A DNA stretch of 62,981 nucleotides, filler included, from Candidatus Babelota bacterium (GTDB lineage: Bacteria; JAGOBX01), in NCBI GenBank assembly GCA_017999075.1. It is 9 parts of 9 records of this genome, joined end to end, with 100 filler letters (N's around TTAATTAATTAA, not from the genome) between each part and the next. Parts side by side here need not be neighbours in the genome. Positions count along the whole stretch, not along the records: positions 1 to 12,400 come from JAGOBX010000056.1; positions 12,501 to 24,848 come from JAGOBX010000057.1; 7 more parts are not named here. The stretch is one strand, 5' to 3'. This document shows positions 9,784-21,437 of the stretch, one piece after another. The notes under the pieces were generated by a model, which saw only the letters and a list, made by a program, of their open reading frames with translations, had not been told where the DNA came from and did not search any database. Within the stretch, counting starts at the first letter, position 1. Each line of letters opens with the position of its first letter. A program made the translations under genes and the position numbers.

Positions 9784-11877
9784 TCAGCTTTTGAATTTAA
9801 GATTTATCACATCATTCTTTTTCAAAACAGTGTTTGGTTTAATGTTCTGGAAATATAAAAATCCTGAACCTTCTATAACTAACTTCAATTTATACAAGTC
9901 TGAAACTGTTGACAGAATCTTTAAACAATCGCGTTTTGATTTATTTTTTAAATCAGGCATAATAAACTTGCCGGACTGAATATTTATTATTGGCTCAGAG
10001 CTATCTGCTTCAGATTTATTTTTTGTACTTTTCTTCTGCAATTCTAAAAAATTTTTCTTACTTTCATTAATGCTCGATCTGTCAGCAGTAGTAACCATCA
10101 CATTATCAACCGGATATTTTTCATAATATTCAAGAAGTCTGACTGCTATTTTGTTAAATAAAGGCGCTGCTGTAGAACCTCCTGAAGATTCTTTCACAGG
10201 CTGATTTATTGCTACCAATATAGCAAACTGAGGATTTTCTACGGGAAAAAAACCGAAAAATGACGATATTGACTGTTCCCTGCTGTATCCTCCGCGTTTA
10301 TCAATAGCCTGTGCAGTGCCTGTTTTTCCTGCAATCTTAAACCCTTTAATTCCCGCCTTCTGTCCGGTTCCTTTATCAACTACAGACAACATCATAGCTG
10401 CAACTTTATCAGCAGCGTTTTTTTTCATAACCCGCCTTATTATTTCAGGTTTTTTAACTGTTTCAACTATATTATTATTATCATCGCGGAATTCTTTTAC
10501 AATTATAGGCTTTAACAAAATTCCGCCGTTTGGTATTACCATAAGCGAATTTATCAATTGAAGAGGGGTTACTGTCACTTCCTGACCTATCGAAATAGAA
10601 TATTTTGACAAACCTGACCATAAATCAGGTTTCCTCAAAAATCCTGCGCGTTCACCCGGTATTTCACAACCAGTAGTTATACCAAATCCGAAATTAACTA
10701 AATTTTTGTAAATTTGATTTTTTGACAGCTGTGATACAGCCTGTATTATTCCTATATTGCATGAATTTTCCATTACATTTATAAATTTCTGGTCGCCATG
10801 CGATTTATTGTCAAAACAATGATACGTATGATTAAAAACAGAATATCTTCCTGAACAATGATAATTTTTAACATCATCTATCAATTTTTCATTTACAAGA
10901 AGAGAAGCTGTCACCACTTTCATTGTTGATCCTGGTTCATACCAGTCGCTTATACAGTAATTTCTCATAACTTCCGTATTGGTTACTTTATTAAATTCAT
11001 TTAAATCAAAATCTGGACGATTGGCCATAGCAAGAATTTCTCCGGTTCCAGGTCTCATAACTATCGCTGAAATAGTTTTAGGCTGATATTCTTCAAAAAC
11101 CTGATTTATCTCGCTTTCCACTATCTGCTGAATATAATTATCTATAGTAAGAACAACATTACTTCCTGAAAATGAAGACATGACTTTTTTATCATAAAAT
11201 AATATGCCTATCGGTTCTTTAAATATTTTATCTTTAGCGTTTTTACCGCTTAACATATCATCATACTGATTTTCTATTCCGTATAATCCTCGGTTATCTT
11301 TTGAAACAAAACCTAACACGTGACTCAATAAATTTTTGTATGGATATTTACGTTTATATCTCGTTTGAACAGCAAATGAATTTTCATATTTTTTTAAACG
11401 TTTCTTTATTTCTTTCAATATTGTATTGTCCTGCAAATCTTCCATCAAATCTATCCAGTTCCTCGGGGTTTCCTTAAGTTTTGCGTTAAGCTCTTTATAA
11501 CTTATGTTCAATATATTTGATAAAACAACTATAGCGTCATTATCTTTAATAATATCTTTTTTTTCCATAACAAGAACCCTGTTGTTTATAGAAAAAGCAA
11601 GTTTTTCAAGATTAGAATCATATATTATTCCGCGCGGCAAATTCACCGAAGAAATCTGTTTTGGTTTCAGCAATTCCACTGGCAGTTTTGAAAATGTTTT
11701 TTTTACAAGTTCAGTGTCTGACGAAGTCAATCGTAACATTAACGAATCTTCAGGCGCAGAATCAATGTGTTTAAACAGCATCCAGTCAGTTAATCTATAT
11801 ATTAATACCAAAGTAAATAAACATAACATGAATATAATAAATAAAAACCTTTTTTTTACTTTTTGCTCAAAGTTCAT
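9784..11877 (-). CDS. Class B penicillin-binding protein (FtsI/SpoVD-like) with C-terminal PASTA domain
   Basis: N-terminal TM, RGIIYD dimerisation motif, STMK (SxxK), SCN (SxN), KTGTAQ, C-terminal MPDL. Confidence 0.9.
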   Translation of the reverse strand: MNFEQKVKKRFLFIIFMLCLFTLVLIYRLTDWMLFKHIDSAPEDSLMLRLTSSDTELVKKTFSKLPVELLKPKQISSVNLPRGIIYDSNLEKLAFSINNRVLVMEKKDIIKDNDAIVVLSNILNISYKELNAKLKETPRNWIDLMEDLQDNTILKEIKKRLKKYENSFAVQTRYKRKYPYKNLLSHVLGFVSKDNRGLYGIENQYDDMLSGKNAKDKIFKEPIGILFYDKKVMSSFSGSNVVLTIDNYIQQIVESEINQVFEEYQPKTISAIVMRPGTGEILAMANRPDFDLNEFNKVTNTEVMRNYCISDWYEPGSTMKVVTASLLVNEKLIDDVKNYHCSGRYSVFNHTYHCFDNKSHGDQKFINVMENSCNIGIIQAVSQLSKNQIYKNLVNFGFGITTGCEIPGERAGFLRKPDLWSGLSKYSISIGQEVTVTPLQLINSLMVIPNGGILLKPIIVKEFRDDNNNIVETVKKPEIIRRVMKKNAADKVAAMMLSVVDKGTGQKAGIKGFKIAGKTGTAQAIDKRGGYSREQSISSFFGFFPVENPQFAILVAINQPVKESSGGSTAAPLFNKIAVRLLEYYEKYPVDNVMVTTADRSSINESKKNFLELQKKSTKNKSEADSSEPIINIQSGKFIMPDLKNKSKRDCLKILSTVSDLYKLKLVIEGSGFLYFQNIKPNTVLKKNDVINLKFKS

Positions 11878-12119
11878 TTTTTTCCTTCATTTCTTTTTTT
11901 GCATTTTTTTTATTTAATTTTTACTGAATCCAATGTAAAATCTATAAAAATTCTTAAAAAATCATTATATATTTCTAATTTTTACCCTATCTTAATAATA
12001 ATTTAATCAATATTTTATTATTTGTCAATACAAATCTAACAATTCTCATTTTAATATTGAAAATTTTTTTAAAAGATATATAATTTTATAAAAAAGTTAA
12101 AATCACGGGTTACTATTAC

Positions 12120-12400
12120 ATGGGTTCTATTTTTTTATTTAGCAACAATGATAATGAAATAAGTTCTATTAGAGAATTACTCAAATCAGAATACACAGTT
12201 AAAGTTTTTTGTGAAGAAAAATTTCTTTTTTCAAATCTTAATTCAAACAAAATTCCCGATATAATTATCATAGAAGACAGTTCAATTGATGAAAAAATAT
12301 TCCAGTATATAATATCAAAATTAAAAACAACCGATAAATTTAAAAATATCCCTATTATAAATATTTTTAATTCCGATGATAAAGATAGAATTAAAAAATA
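12120..12400 (+). CDS. Receiver-domain-like protein, partial (contig end)
   Basis: PDIIII and KNIPII receiver-like strands; phospho-acceptor position looks atypical; truncated by the gap. Confidence 0.5.
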
Positions 12401-12500
12401 NNNNNNNNNNNNNNNNNNNNNNNNNNNNNNNNNNNNNNNNNNNNTTAATTAATTAANNNNNNNNNNNNNNNNNNNNNNNNNNNNNNNNNNNNNNNNNNNN
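12401..12500. other. Artificial contig linker (N44-TTAATTAATTAA-N44)
   Basis: Identical 100-nt spacer with six-frame stops occurs 8 times. Confidence 0.98.
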
Positions 12501-15500
12501 AATTGTAACCGTCTAAATCCGATTCAGCATTTGCTGTCCATTGCAAATCTATTTTCCCGTTTCCAGCTGTTGCATTTAAATTACGCGGAGGAGAGGGAGG
12601 TATTATATCAATATTGCTTGGCGAAGCGCTAACTTCTCTTGAGTATATGCTTTCGCTATCGTAAACATCAACAGCAGTTACCACAAAATAATAAGTTACG
12701 CCGTTGGTGAGTCCTGAAACGGTATAATATGCAGTTGTACAATGCTGAACATTTACTTTAACATAATTCGAACCCGAAGTTGAACTCCTGTAAATATAAT
12801 ATCCTTTCAAATCCTGTTCTGAATTTGCACGCCATACTAAATTAATCTGACTATTTCCGCTAAATGCAGTTAAATTAACAGGGCTGTCAGGAACAATATT
12901 TGAACCGACTGTTATCGCCAATTGATTTGTAGGTAAACTTTCTTGTCCGGATAGATCAACACTTCTCACAACATAATAATATATCTGACCATTGGTTACA
13001 GTATTGTCAGAATATGAATTTCCAATAATATTAGAACCTATTTTGGTATATGAACCGTTTTGAGTCGTCGTTCTATAAACATTATATCCTTTTATATCAA
13101 ATTCTGAAGATGTCATCCAATTTAAAACAGCTATTCCGGAACTACCGTTTCCAGTCAAATTTCCAGGAGATAGCGGTCTATCATCGCCTAATTGATTAAA
13201 CTTATTTGAAACATACATTTTTCCTGAACCCTGATCGCTAACTGTAATTTCCCTATTCATGCTTGCGGTAGAAAATTTCTGTTCCCAATTAGTATTATCT
13301 GTTGTATATTTATATAAAAATTGTTCTCCTGCTGCTAAATTAACAGTTATTTGATAAATACCAGAACTTAAACTCTGCATTTGATTTGATGCAGGCGACC
13401 ATGCTGGATTTAAAGTATTTCCTGCCAATTGCACAGTTGTGAATTGAGTTTGATTTCTCATATCAAGAGTAAATGTAACAGGTATAGTTGCCGCAAGTCT
13501 GCCTCCGGTAAAATTTGAAACAAACGCAGCATACATATTTTTCCCATTTATTCCTGTCGATTTCGCAGTCTTTTCAATTCTGATTGTGTATTTTGTTCCC
13601 TGAACAATGTTAGCATTAGTTAATCTTAAAATTTTCCCTGATAAAGACCATGTTCCACCAACATCAGGCGTTATTGAAGCAGCAGCTATAGTTGCAGCAG
13701 GATCCATATCCTGATCAAAACTAATTACAATTTCATTTCCAGTAATTGTTGAATAATGAGAAGGAGATACGCTGGCAACCATTGGTTCAAGAACTGCATC
13801 GATTACATTGTCAAGCCATATTCCCACTTCATATTTCGGTAATGTTATTGAAGCATTAGTTCCATTTACCTGAGAACCGTCAACAAGATTAGTAAAAGTT
13901 CCATTTCCCATATTGTAACTCGCAGTCTTTGTAGAATCAGTAGGATTTATAGCAATAAAAGCCCTACCTCGTTTAAATGCAAATATCCCATTCTGAGGAT
14001 CAAGTAAATTAGTACCAGTTCCAAGTTCACTGCTTATTTTTCTACGGGCTGCCATCATCTTAGCAATTTTTTTATACATCCAATTTGTCATATCAAATTT
14101 ATCACCAGCAGCATTATCAAATTGATAAGGATGATCAAACATAGCCGAGTATGCTCCTCTTCCGTCTTTACCTCCAGTGTTAAAACATTGCTCACTTCCG
14201 TAATATAATCCTCCGACTCCTTCAATTAAAGAAATTAGTCCCCACGCAGGAAGCATCCTATCCCAAGCTCCGCCATCACCAAGAAACCTTTGTTGATCAT
14301 GATTATCCAAAAAATGAAGATTCATATTCGCTGCAGACCAGTTAGAACCCTGTCCCATATCATAACTACTGTTGTTCATTCCTGCTATCCAATTTTTTAA
14401 GCCCCATTGATCATTAAATAATTTCCATGGAACTCCGCCCATATACATAGCATAATCCATCATTCCGTTCATCAAACGATTTGCTTGACTTGATTTGTAT
14501 CCTGTATAATATCCGACTGCTCCGTGATCTCCGCTGTACGCTTCGCCAAACATATAAAAATTTGATTTACCTACAGGACTTTCGCCAGCAGCTTTTCTCC
14601 ATTTATCACAAAAATAACTCCATTCCGCCACATTAACATGTTTTATTGCATCTACTCTGAATCCGTCTATATCAAACGCTTTTATAAAATTAGCCCATTT
14701 ATCTGCCACAAAATCCTTTACATACTGATTTTCAGTTTTTAAATCATCTAACCCGACTAATTCTTTATTCTCAATTTCCCATGTATTGTTCCAATCATTA
14801 ATATTCCAAGCATCATGAAAATCATTTATTCCAATCGCATCGCCGAAAATCATACCATATTCTCTACCTGAATATTTCCATGATTTTGAACCAGTATTAT
14901 CATTCAGCCAGTTTCCAAAATGATTAGCTACACAGTCAACTATTATATACATTCCTCTGCTATGAATCTCGTTAACCAGTCTCCTGAAATCCTCTACTGT
15001 CCCAAGTTTTGGATCTAATGCGCTGTATGAACATGGCGCATAACCATTTGGTTCTGTCCCAAAAAACGGATTTGAAATCCAGATCACATCAAACCCTAAC
15101 GATTTTATATAATCAAGTTTGCTTATCAGCCCGATAAAATCTCCGCCTATTGTACGCCTTGACAAATCCTGAGGATATACGTCTGATGCCGCATTATAAG
15201 ATGTTGAATAACTATGTATGTTATTATTCGACGGGTCGCCGTCATTGAACCTGTCAAGCATAATTTGATAAACAGATAATTTTCTCCAGTCATCAGGAGA
15301 CGCAGTATAAGTATGCCCCGACCAATCCGAAGGTATAAGCTGGTCTGATAAATTCCATGTCAGAGATTGTATATTCACAATATCATTACCGTTTCCGGAA
15401 TGATTTGAATTTAACGGATCATTAGTAAATGTTCCGTCTATTTCAAAGCCGTATTCGTATGTATAGCCAAAATCCAATGTCAAAGTTATTGTCCAATAAC

Positions 15501-18500
15501 TGCCGTTAAATATCATATTTGTTTTTGCATCGTTATTCCAATTAGCATCGTATCTTGCAGTATAATTTCCATTTGAACCGCTGGTGATTTGAAAACTTCC
15601 TTTTATTTTTGCCGAAGAATTTACGGTTCCGTAATAATTCACTGTTACAATATTTCTGTTTGTTATAACAGGAGATTGCTGCAAATCAGTTACAGAATAT
15701 TGACGAATTGAACTTATCGAAGAATTCGAAACGCTTGCATTATCAAAAGCTTTTAAATAATATTTTACCGTTGTCCCGTCCAGTTGCGCAGGTATCACTC
15801 CGCTGTATAAATTCTCGCTTGCAGAAGTCATATTAACTGTAGAAGTATTTATCCAGTTATCTGCAGAATAATATAAATTTACCGAATCTATCCCTGTTAA
15901 CTCGTCTATAATGGTAGCTGTTACTGTAACTGAGTTTTCAGAACGCGGAAACATCGGAGAAAAATTTACATTATTTATTACAGGAGGATTATTATCTATA
16001 ATTATTCCGCTCGGAACCGCGTTTAATTCTATTAAGTTATTATCTTCATTTCCGCCGTGAGGTCCTGGTTTCCCTGTAACTCCATCTTCAGCACGTACTA
16101 CAAAATAATAAATAACTCCATTAGTCAAACCTGTAACCTGATATGAATTTGTCTGAACACTGAAATCAGGTGTCGCATCAACATACGATTTTGATTGATG
16201 AGCCGTAAAATCGGAAGTATAATAAATATTATATGTTACAGGCAGTGTCGAATCACTTCCGGAATTCCATGCAAGGTTAATTTTTCCTCCTTCATTAGCG
16301 TCAGATGCAGATATTATTCCTGAAAATACAGGAGCCAAAGTATCTTGATTTACATACTGTTCAACAGAAAACCTGTCGTTTCCTCCAGATGTATGATTTG
16401 GATTCAAAGGATCATTTGTCCAGTTTCCGTTTATCTCAAATCCATATTCATATGTTTTCCCATATTCTAAAGTTAATGTGGCTGTCCACATATTATTTAA
16501 ATTTAACATTGATGTAGCAGTGCCTCCGTCCCATGAAGCATCATAGATGCCTGTATATGATCCATTAGAGCCGCCTGTTATTTTCCAGCTCCCCTTGATT
16601 TTAGCTGTAGCAGCACTTCCATAATAATTAAATGTTATTCTGTTCCCTGATATTACTGGAGAATTTCCTAATGAAAATATATCATTTCCTCCGGTGTTAT
16701 GATTTGAGTTTAATTGATCATTTGCCCAATTTCCATTTATTTCAAATCCGTATTCATATTCCCTGTATGAGTCAAGTGTTAATGTTATTGTCCAAAAACT
16801 CCCGTTATAAATCATATCAGTAGTAACTCCGCCATTCCACGAAACATCGTATGAAGCATTATAAACTCCATTTGATCCGCTTAAAATTTTCCAGCTCCCT
16901 TTTATTTTAGCGGTTGTCGCGCTTCCATAATAGTTAAATGTAACAGTTTTGTCATTTATTACAGGAGATTGCTGGACATCGGTTACAGTATATATTTTTA
17001 TATCGCTTTGCGAATTATTAACAGACGTTGATTTATCTGAAGCTATTATCATATATCTTACTGTTATTCCATTATTCTGTTTTAAAATATATCCGCTATA
17101 ATTTCCTGATGAGATATATATCATCTGAGTTTCGGAATAAGTTGACCAATTATCAATTGAATATTTTAATATTACTGTATCAACTCCTGTTAAATCATCT
17201 GTAATATTTGCTGTTACCATAACGTTTTGACTCGAATTAGGCGAGGCTGGAGACATCAATATATTTGATATTACCGGAGGAATATTATCTGATACATTCC
17301 CTGAAGGAACTGCGCTCATTTGAATTACATTCGTATCCTGATTGCCTCCGTTTGGCCCTTGTTTCCCTGTAGTCCCATCTTCTGCTCTTACTAAAAAATA
17401 ATATGTTATTCCATTAGTTAACCCAGAAACTTGATAATAGGTATTTTCAGTTGTAAAATCAGGGGTGTTATCAACATAACTTTTTGAAACCGATGATGAA
17501 TAATCGTTAGTATAGTAAATATTATAAATTACCGGTAAAGTAGAATCTATAGCTGCCTGCCATGACAAATTAACTTTTCCGCCTGAAACAGCATCGCTAC
17601 ACGATTGTAATCCTGAAAAAATAGGAATAGCATTGTCCGGATTCAACTCCTGTCCTGAAGTAAACTGATCATTTCCTGTTCCTGAATGATTTGCATTCAA
17701 AGGATCATTTACCCATTGACCATCTTTCATAAAACCGTATTCAAATATTCTATTTGCGTCAAGTTTAATTGTTATTGACCAAATATTCCCTGATTTTACC
17801 ATTTGAGTAGCTGCTCCGCCTGCCCAGTCAGCATCATAAGACGCCGTATAATTTCCATTTGACCCGCTTAAAATTTTCCAGTTCCCTTTTATTGAAACCT
17901 GACTTGCAGAAGCATCACTATAATTGAATGTTACAACATTTCCGTTTATTACGGGCGATTGAATTATAACAGGTCCATTCCAAACATCATTTATAACCAT
18001 AACTCCGCCGCTTTGATCAACTATTGTCTGTTCCCTGTTATTGGATGGCGTTGGAAATGCAAATTCCCAATTTGTTGAATTAGTAACATATTTATATTGA
18101 AAAGAAGCATTCGGATCAAATATAAGGGTCTTTGTCCATATCCCATTCCCTGAGTTTGTCAACGCATTGGATGTCGAAGACCATGCCGGAGACAATAAAT
18201 TTCCTGCTATCGTAACATTGTTAAAACTTCCGGCTCCGTTCATATTCAAATTAAATGTTACGGATATTTGTCCGCGGGGATTAACTGTTATTCCATTTGA
18301 TTTGACGCTTTCTCCGTTATTCTGATTTATTGCTGAAATATAATAAATATATGTTTCCCCATTAGAAAGTCCTGTGTCAACATAAATTGTTCCTGTTATA
18401 TATGTCATAGAATCAACTAATATATAAGGTTTATCTGACGATGCAGGATATGTTTTATAATATAATTTATAACCCTTTAAATCAGATTCAGTATTCTGGT

Positions 18501-19824
18501 TCCATTGAAAAGTAACCTGCTGATTACCTGCCTGAGCAGTAAAACCTGTGGGAGTAGCAGGAGGCGGAGTTTCAAATGGCTGACCATAAACGCTGTCAGA
18601 CGATAAGCTTTGATTGCCTGCAGTGTCGACTGAAGTAACATAATAATAATATGTTACATCTGTACGCAAATCTCTGTCAGTATATACTGTTGTCTTATTT
18701 AATGAAACAAGCAAAGTAAATGAACCAGTGTCTTCTTTTCTATATACATTGTATCCATTCAAGTCTAATTGTTTTACTGAACTCCATGATAAAGACATTT
18801 GTTCAACTCCGGCAGTTCCATTCAAATTCTCAGGTTTATCAGGCGCAACCGTATCATTTATCTGAGGAACTGCTGATACTGCTGACGACGACGCACTTTC
18901 ATTCGGAGTATCAGAGTTATCTACAGCAGTTAAATAAAAATAATGTCTAACATCATTTTCAAGATTGCCTATGCGATACAGCAATTCTTCTTTAGAAATC
19001 AATGAATCATTTAATTTGATAAATGGACCTGACTGTGAAGCCGAATAATACACGTTATATCCGGCAAGATCTGATTCATTATTGGAATTCCATACTAAAT
19101 CCACATATTCATTTCCCGCGCCGATCCTTACATTCTGCGGAGATGATGGAGGAGTTACATCATTAACTGCCTGAGCAACTGTTATAGACTTATCCTGTCC
19201 CCAAGTGTTATCATCATTATGAAAAACAAAATTAACTTGTGTAACTGTCTGTACGGAATTATTGAATGGCCCAATCTGTACAGAATAAGTATCTCCTGTT
19301 TTTACTAAAACTGTCTCTATAGATTTTCCATCGCCCCAAGCAACAGAACCAGTTGGCCAATAAACAGAATTTGGTAGTGTCCAATTATTTACTCCCCAAT
19401 GCAGTTTGCCTGGTTTATCGTTCCATATAGTTATGGCTTGATTTGAAGCAGGACTACCGGGTGTCCAATTTCCTATTTGTCCGCCGCTTCCGCCTCCTAT
19501 CCAGCAATGTTGAATTATACTTTTGGAAATATTGCCTAGGCTATCTTCAACCTCAATATAGTAATCAATCAATTTTTCTTTTACAGTTGTAATAGTAGCC
19601 TCATAAATGTCAGCACGGTATATAGGATCCACTCCGCTTTTAGAAGAAGGAAAATTTCGTTTAGTCATACTCAACGATTGCCATGAACCCACTTCTCCAG
19701 GATTATCAGAATAAAGTTCATTGGAATTAGTTGCTAAATCATTTACTCCATTATTGTCTTCTCTAAATTTTAATTCGATTCGTTTAATTCCTGATATATC
19801 ATAAATACAGCTCCATACAAGCAT
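12501..19824 (-). CDS. Giant multimodular alpha-amylase/amylopullulanase portion (putative CBM, FN3, CBM20, CBM48-like x4, Ig-like, GH13, Big_5-like); C-terminus truncated by the gap; in-frame continuation of the upstream GH57-like ORF
   Basis: GH13 motifs YQIMLDRFNDGD, GGDFIG, GFRVDAIKH, FGEAY, FLDNHD. FN3 repeats (W..N.E.DL.GY..Y). CBM20-like (YKY...WE...NR). The frame is open from 19986. There is no signal peptide at ATG 19824. Confidence 0.85.
15400..17965 (-). repeat. Intragenic module repeats: four CBM48-like units and two FN3-like + Ig-like units (approximate bounds)
   Basis: SPVI...VTFNY...IKG.W....SNG.Y.A.YD..W...EYGF..DG.W.ND.LN occurs x4. GGK.NL.W...DSTLPV.YNIYYT...VRAEDG.TGK.GP.GGN occurs x2. 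Confidence 0.85.
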
Positions 19825-19986
19825 ATCTGATGTTTCTTTCTGATTTGAATTCCATAAAATTTCTCCAGGATTATACGGCGACCGCTGAGGTAAATATATT
19901 GAGGGTCCAACATTATCAATACCCTGACTTATAACTACATCCGCTGCTTGAACAGCAAGGTTACATGCCCTTGTAGGATTGCCGTC

Positions 19987-21360
19987 CTAAATCGGAGTTC
20001 CGTCCCAATACCAATAACAACTGGTTTGACTGTTAGTAAAATATTTCCATGCTTCCTGAGTTTTTGGATGAGTAGAATTAATCGCTGTTGCTGTTAATAC
20101 ACGGTTTTTAGCTGCAGTTTCAACTGCCCAGCTGTTTCTGTCCGGACTATATCCAGTGGCATCAAAGCCGCCGTTCCATTTTAAAAACTCAGGGTCACCG
20201 TTATCTGCTCCTGCCCAGCTTCCAGGAGCTACATGAATTACATCGGTTTGATCAGGCGGATACATATCCAAATAATCCTGAACCGTAGTGAATTCAAATC
20301 TGCCTGAATTTGCCTGCAGCCAGTTAAGCATATTATCCCAGTTTGAATGATAATAGCTTTCTGAACCGCCGCCGTAATTTTCACCGTCATGATGAAGAAG
20401 AATTAATATAGGATGTCTTTCATCAGTATTATAACTTTCTATTTGACTAAACACTGATTCGTACTGCAATGCTCCGAAACCGCCGCGAGCATCTTCGTTT
20501 CCTTCATACCTGGCCGTAGGAACTGCTATTATCCTTTTTTCTATTCCTGTAGCAGGATCAACCCATTTTACCCAATGCGGCTGATAAGACCATTTTGCCG
20601 AAACTTTTGTTGGAGCCCAGATATTCTGAAGCTGAACCCAATCATTCGGATCTGGGTTTAATTGATCAGCTTTGTTCGGAGCATATAAATTTCCGCTTGC
20701 GCTCCACGGATAATTTTGACAGGTTCTTTGAAAATGAATGTTGTCTACCATTACCCATTGAATCCCTTCATCCACAAGCGCAGGTATCATCCACGGCGCA
20801 AATGCATTTTCAGGTGGAAACATTCCTTTTGAATATTGAGACCTGTTCCAATTTGATAAATAAATATCACGATGCTGCTGTATCTGTTTTCTTATACTTT
20901 CATTATCTATCAGCGCCATCAATGGATGATGAAATCCGAATGCAACCAAATCAACCCTCGGATTGCCGAGCGAAGTTTTCCAATCTTTTGATTCACGCCA
21001 CCTGTTTTTCCAACCCCAAAATCCCCATCCTGCAGATTCGTAATTATTTAAATTTTCTATCAACGAACCGGAAAAACTCATCTGCGAACCAGCATGTTCC
21101 ATTCCTCTCCACATAGCACTCTGAACTGAATCAAGAGGCCATGTAGTATAATTAGGTATGTATTTATCATGAACACCTTTCACGCTGAAGCCATATGACC
21201 AATTTTCAGCTTCAGTAATGTTATAATAAGGACTATAATTCGGCTGATGATAATGCCAGAGAAATGATATGTATATTTTCGGTTTGGCTGACGCTGCATC
21301 TTTAATTGATAATATTAAAATTATTATAAAACATATTGTTTTCAAATATTTTGAATACAT
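19987..21360 (-). CDS. Secreted GH57/GH119-like glycoside hydrolase domain, ending at an in-frame TAG
   Basis: Sec signal peptide (...KDAASA-K); WHYHQP, PPENAF (catalytic E), HHDGEN (catalytic D), SQTSCYWYW; GGGG RBS. Confidence 0.8.
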   Translation of the reverse strand: MYSKYLKTICFIIILILSIKDAASAKPKIYISFLWHYHQPNYSPYYNITEAENWSYGFSVKGVHDKYIPNYTTWPLDSVQSAMWRGMEHAGSQMSFSGSLIENLNNYESAGWGFWGWKNRWRESKDWKTSLGNPRVDLVAFGFHHPLMALIDNESIRKQIQQHRDIYLSNWNRSQYSKGMFPPENAFAPWMIPALVDEGIQWVMVDNIHFQRTCQNYPWSASGNLYAPNKADQLNPDPNDWVQLQNIWAPTKVSAKWSYQPHWVKWVDPATGIEKRIIAVPTARYEGNEDARGGFGALQYESVFSQIESYNTDERHPILILLHHDGENYGGGSESYYHSNWDNMLNWLQANSGRFEFTTVQDYLDMYPPDQTDVIHVAPGSWAGADNGDPEFLKWNGGFDATGYSPDRNSWAVETAAKNRVLTATAINSTHPKTQEAWKYFTNSQTSCYWYWDGTPI

Positions 21361-21437
21361 AACATATTCCCCTTAAAGATTTTTTTCTCAGTCCAACAAT
21401 TTAAAAATTTCTAAACAGCTGAACCGCAAAATTAAAT

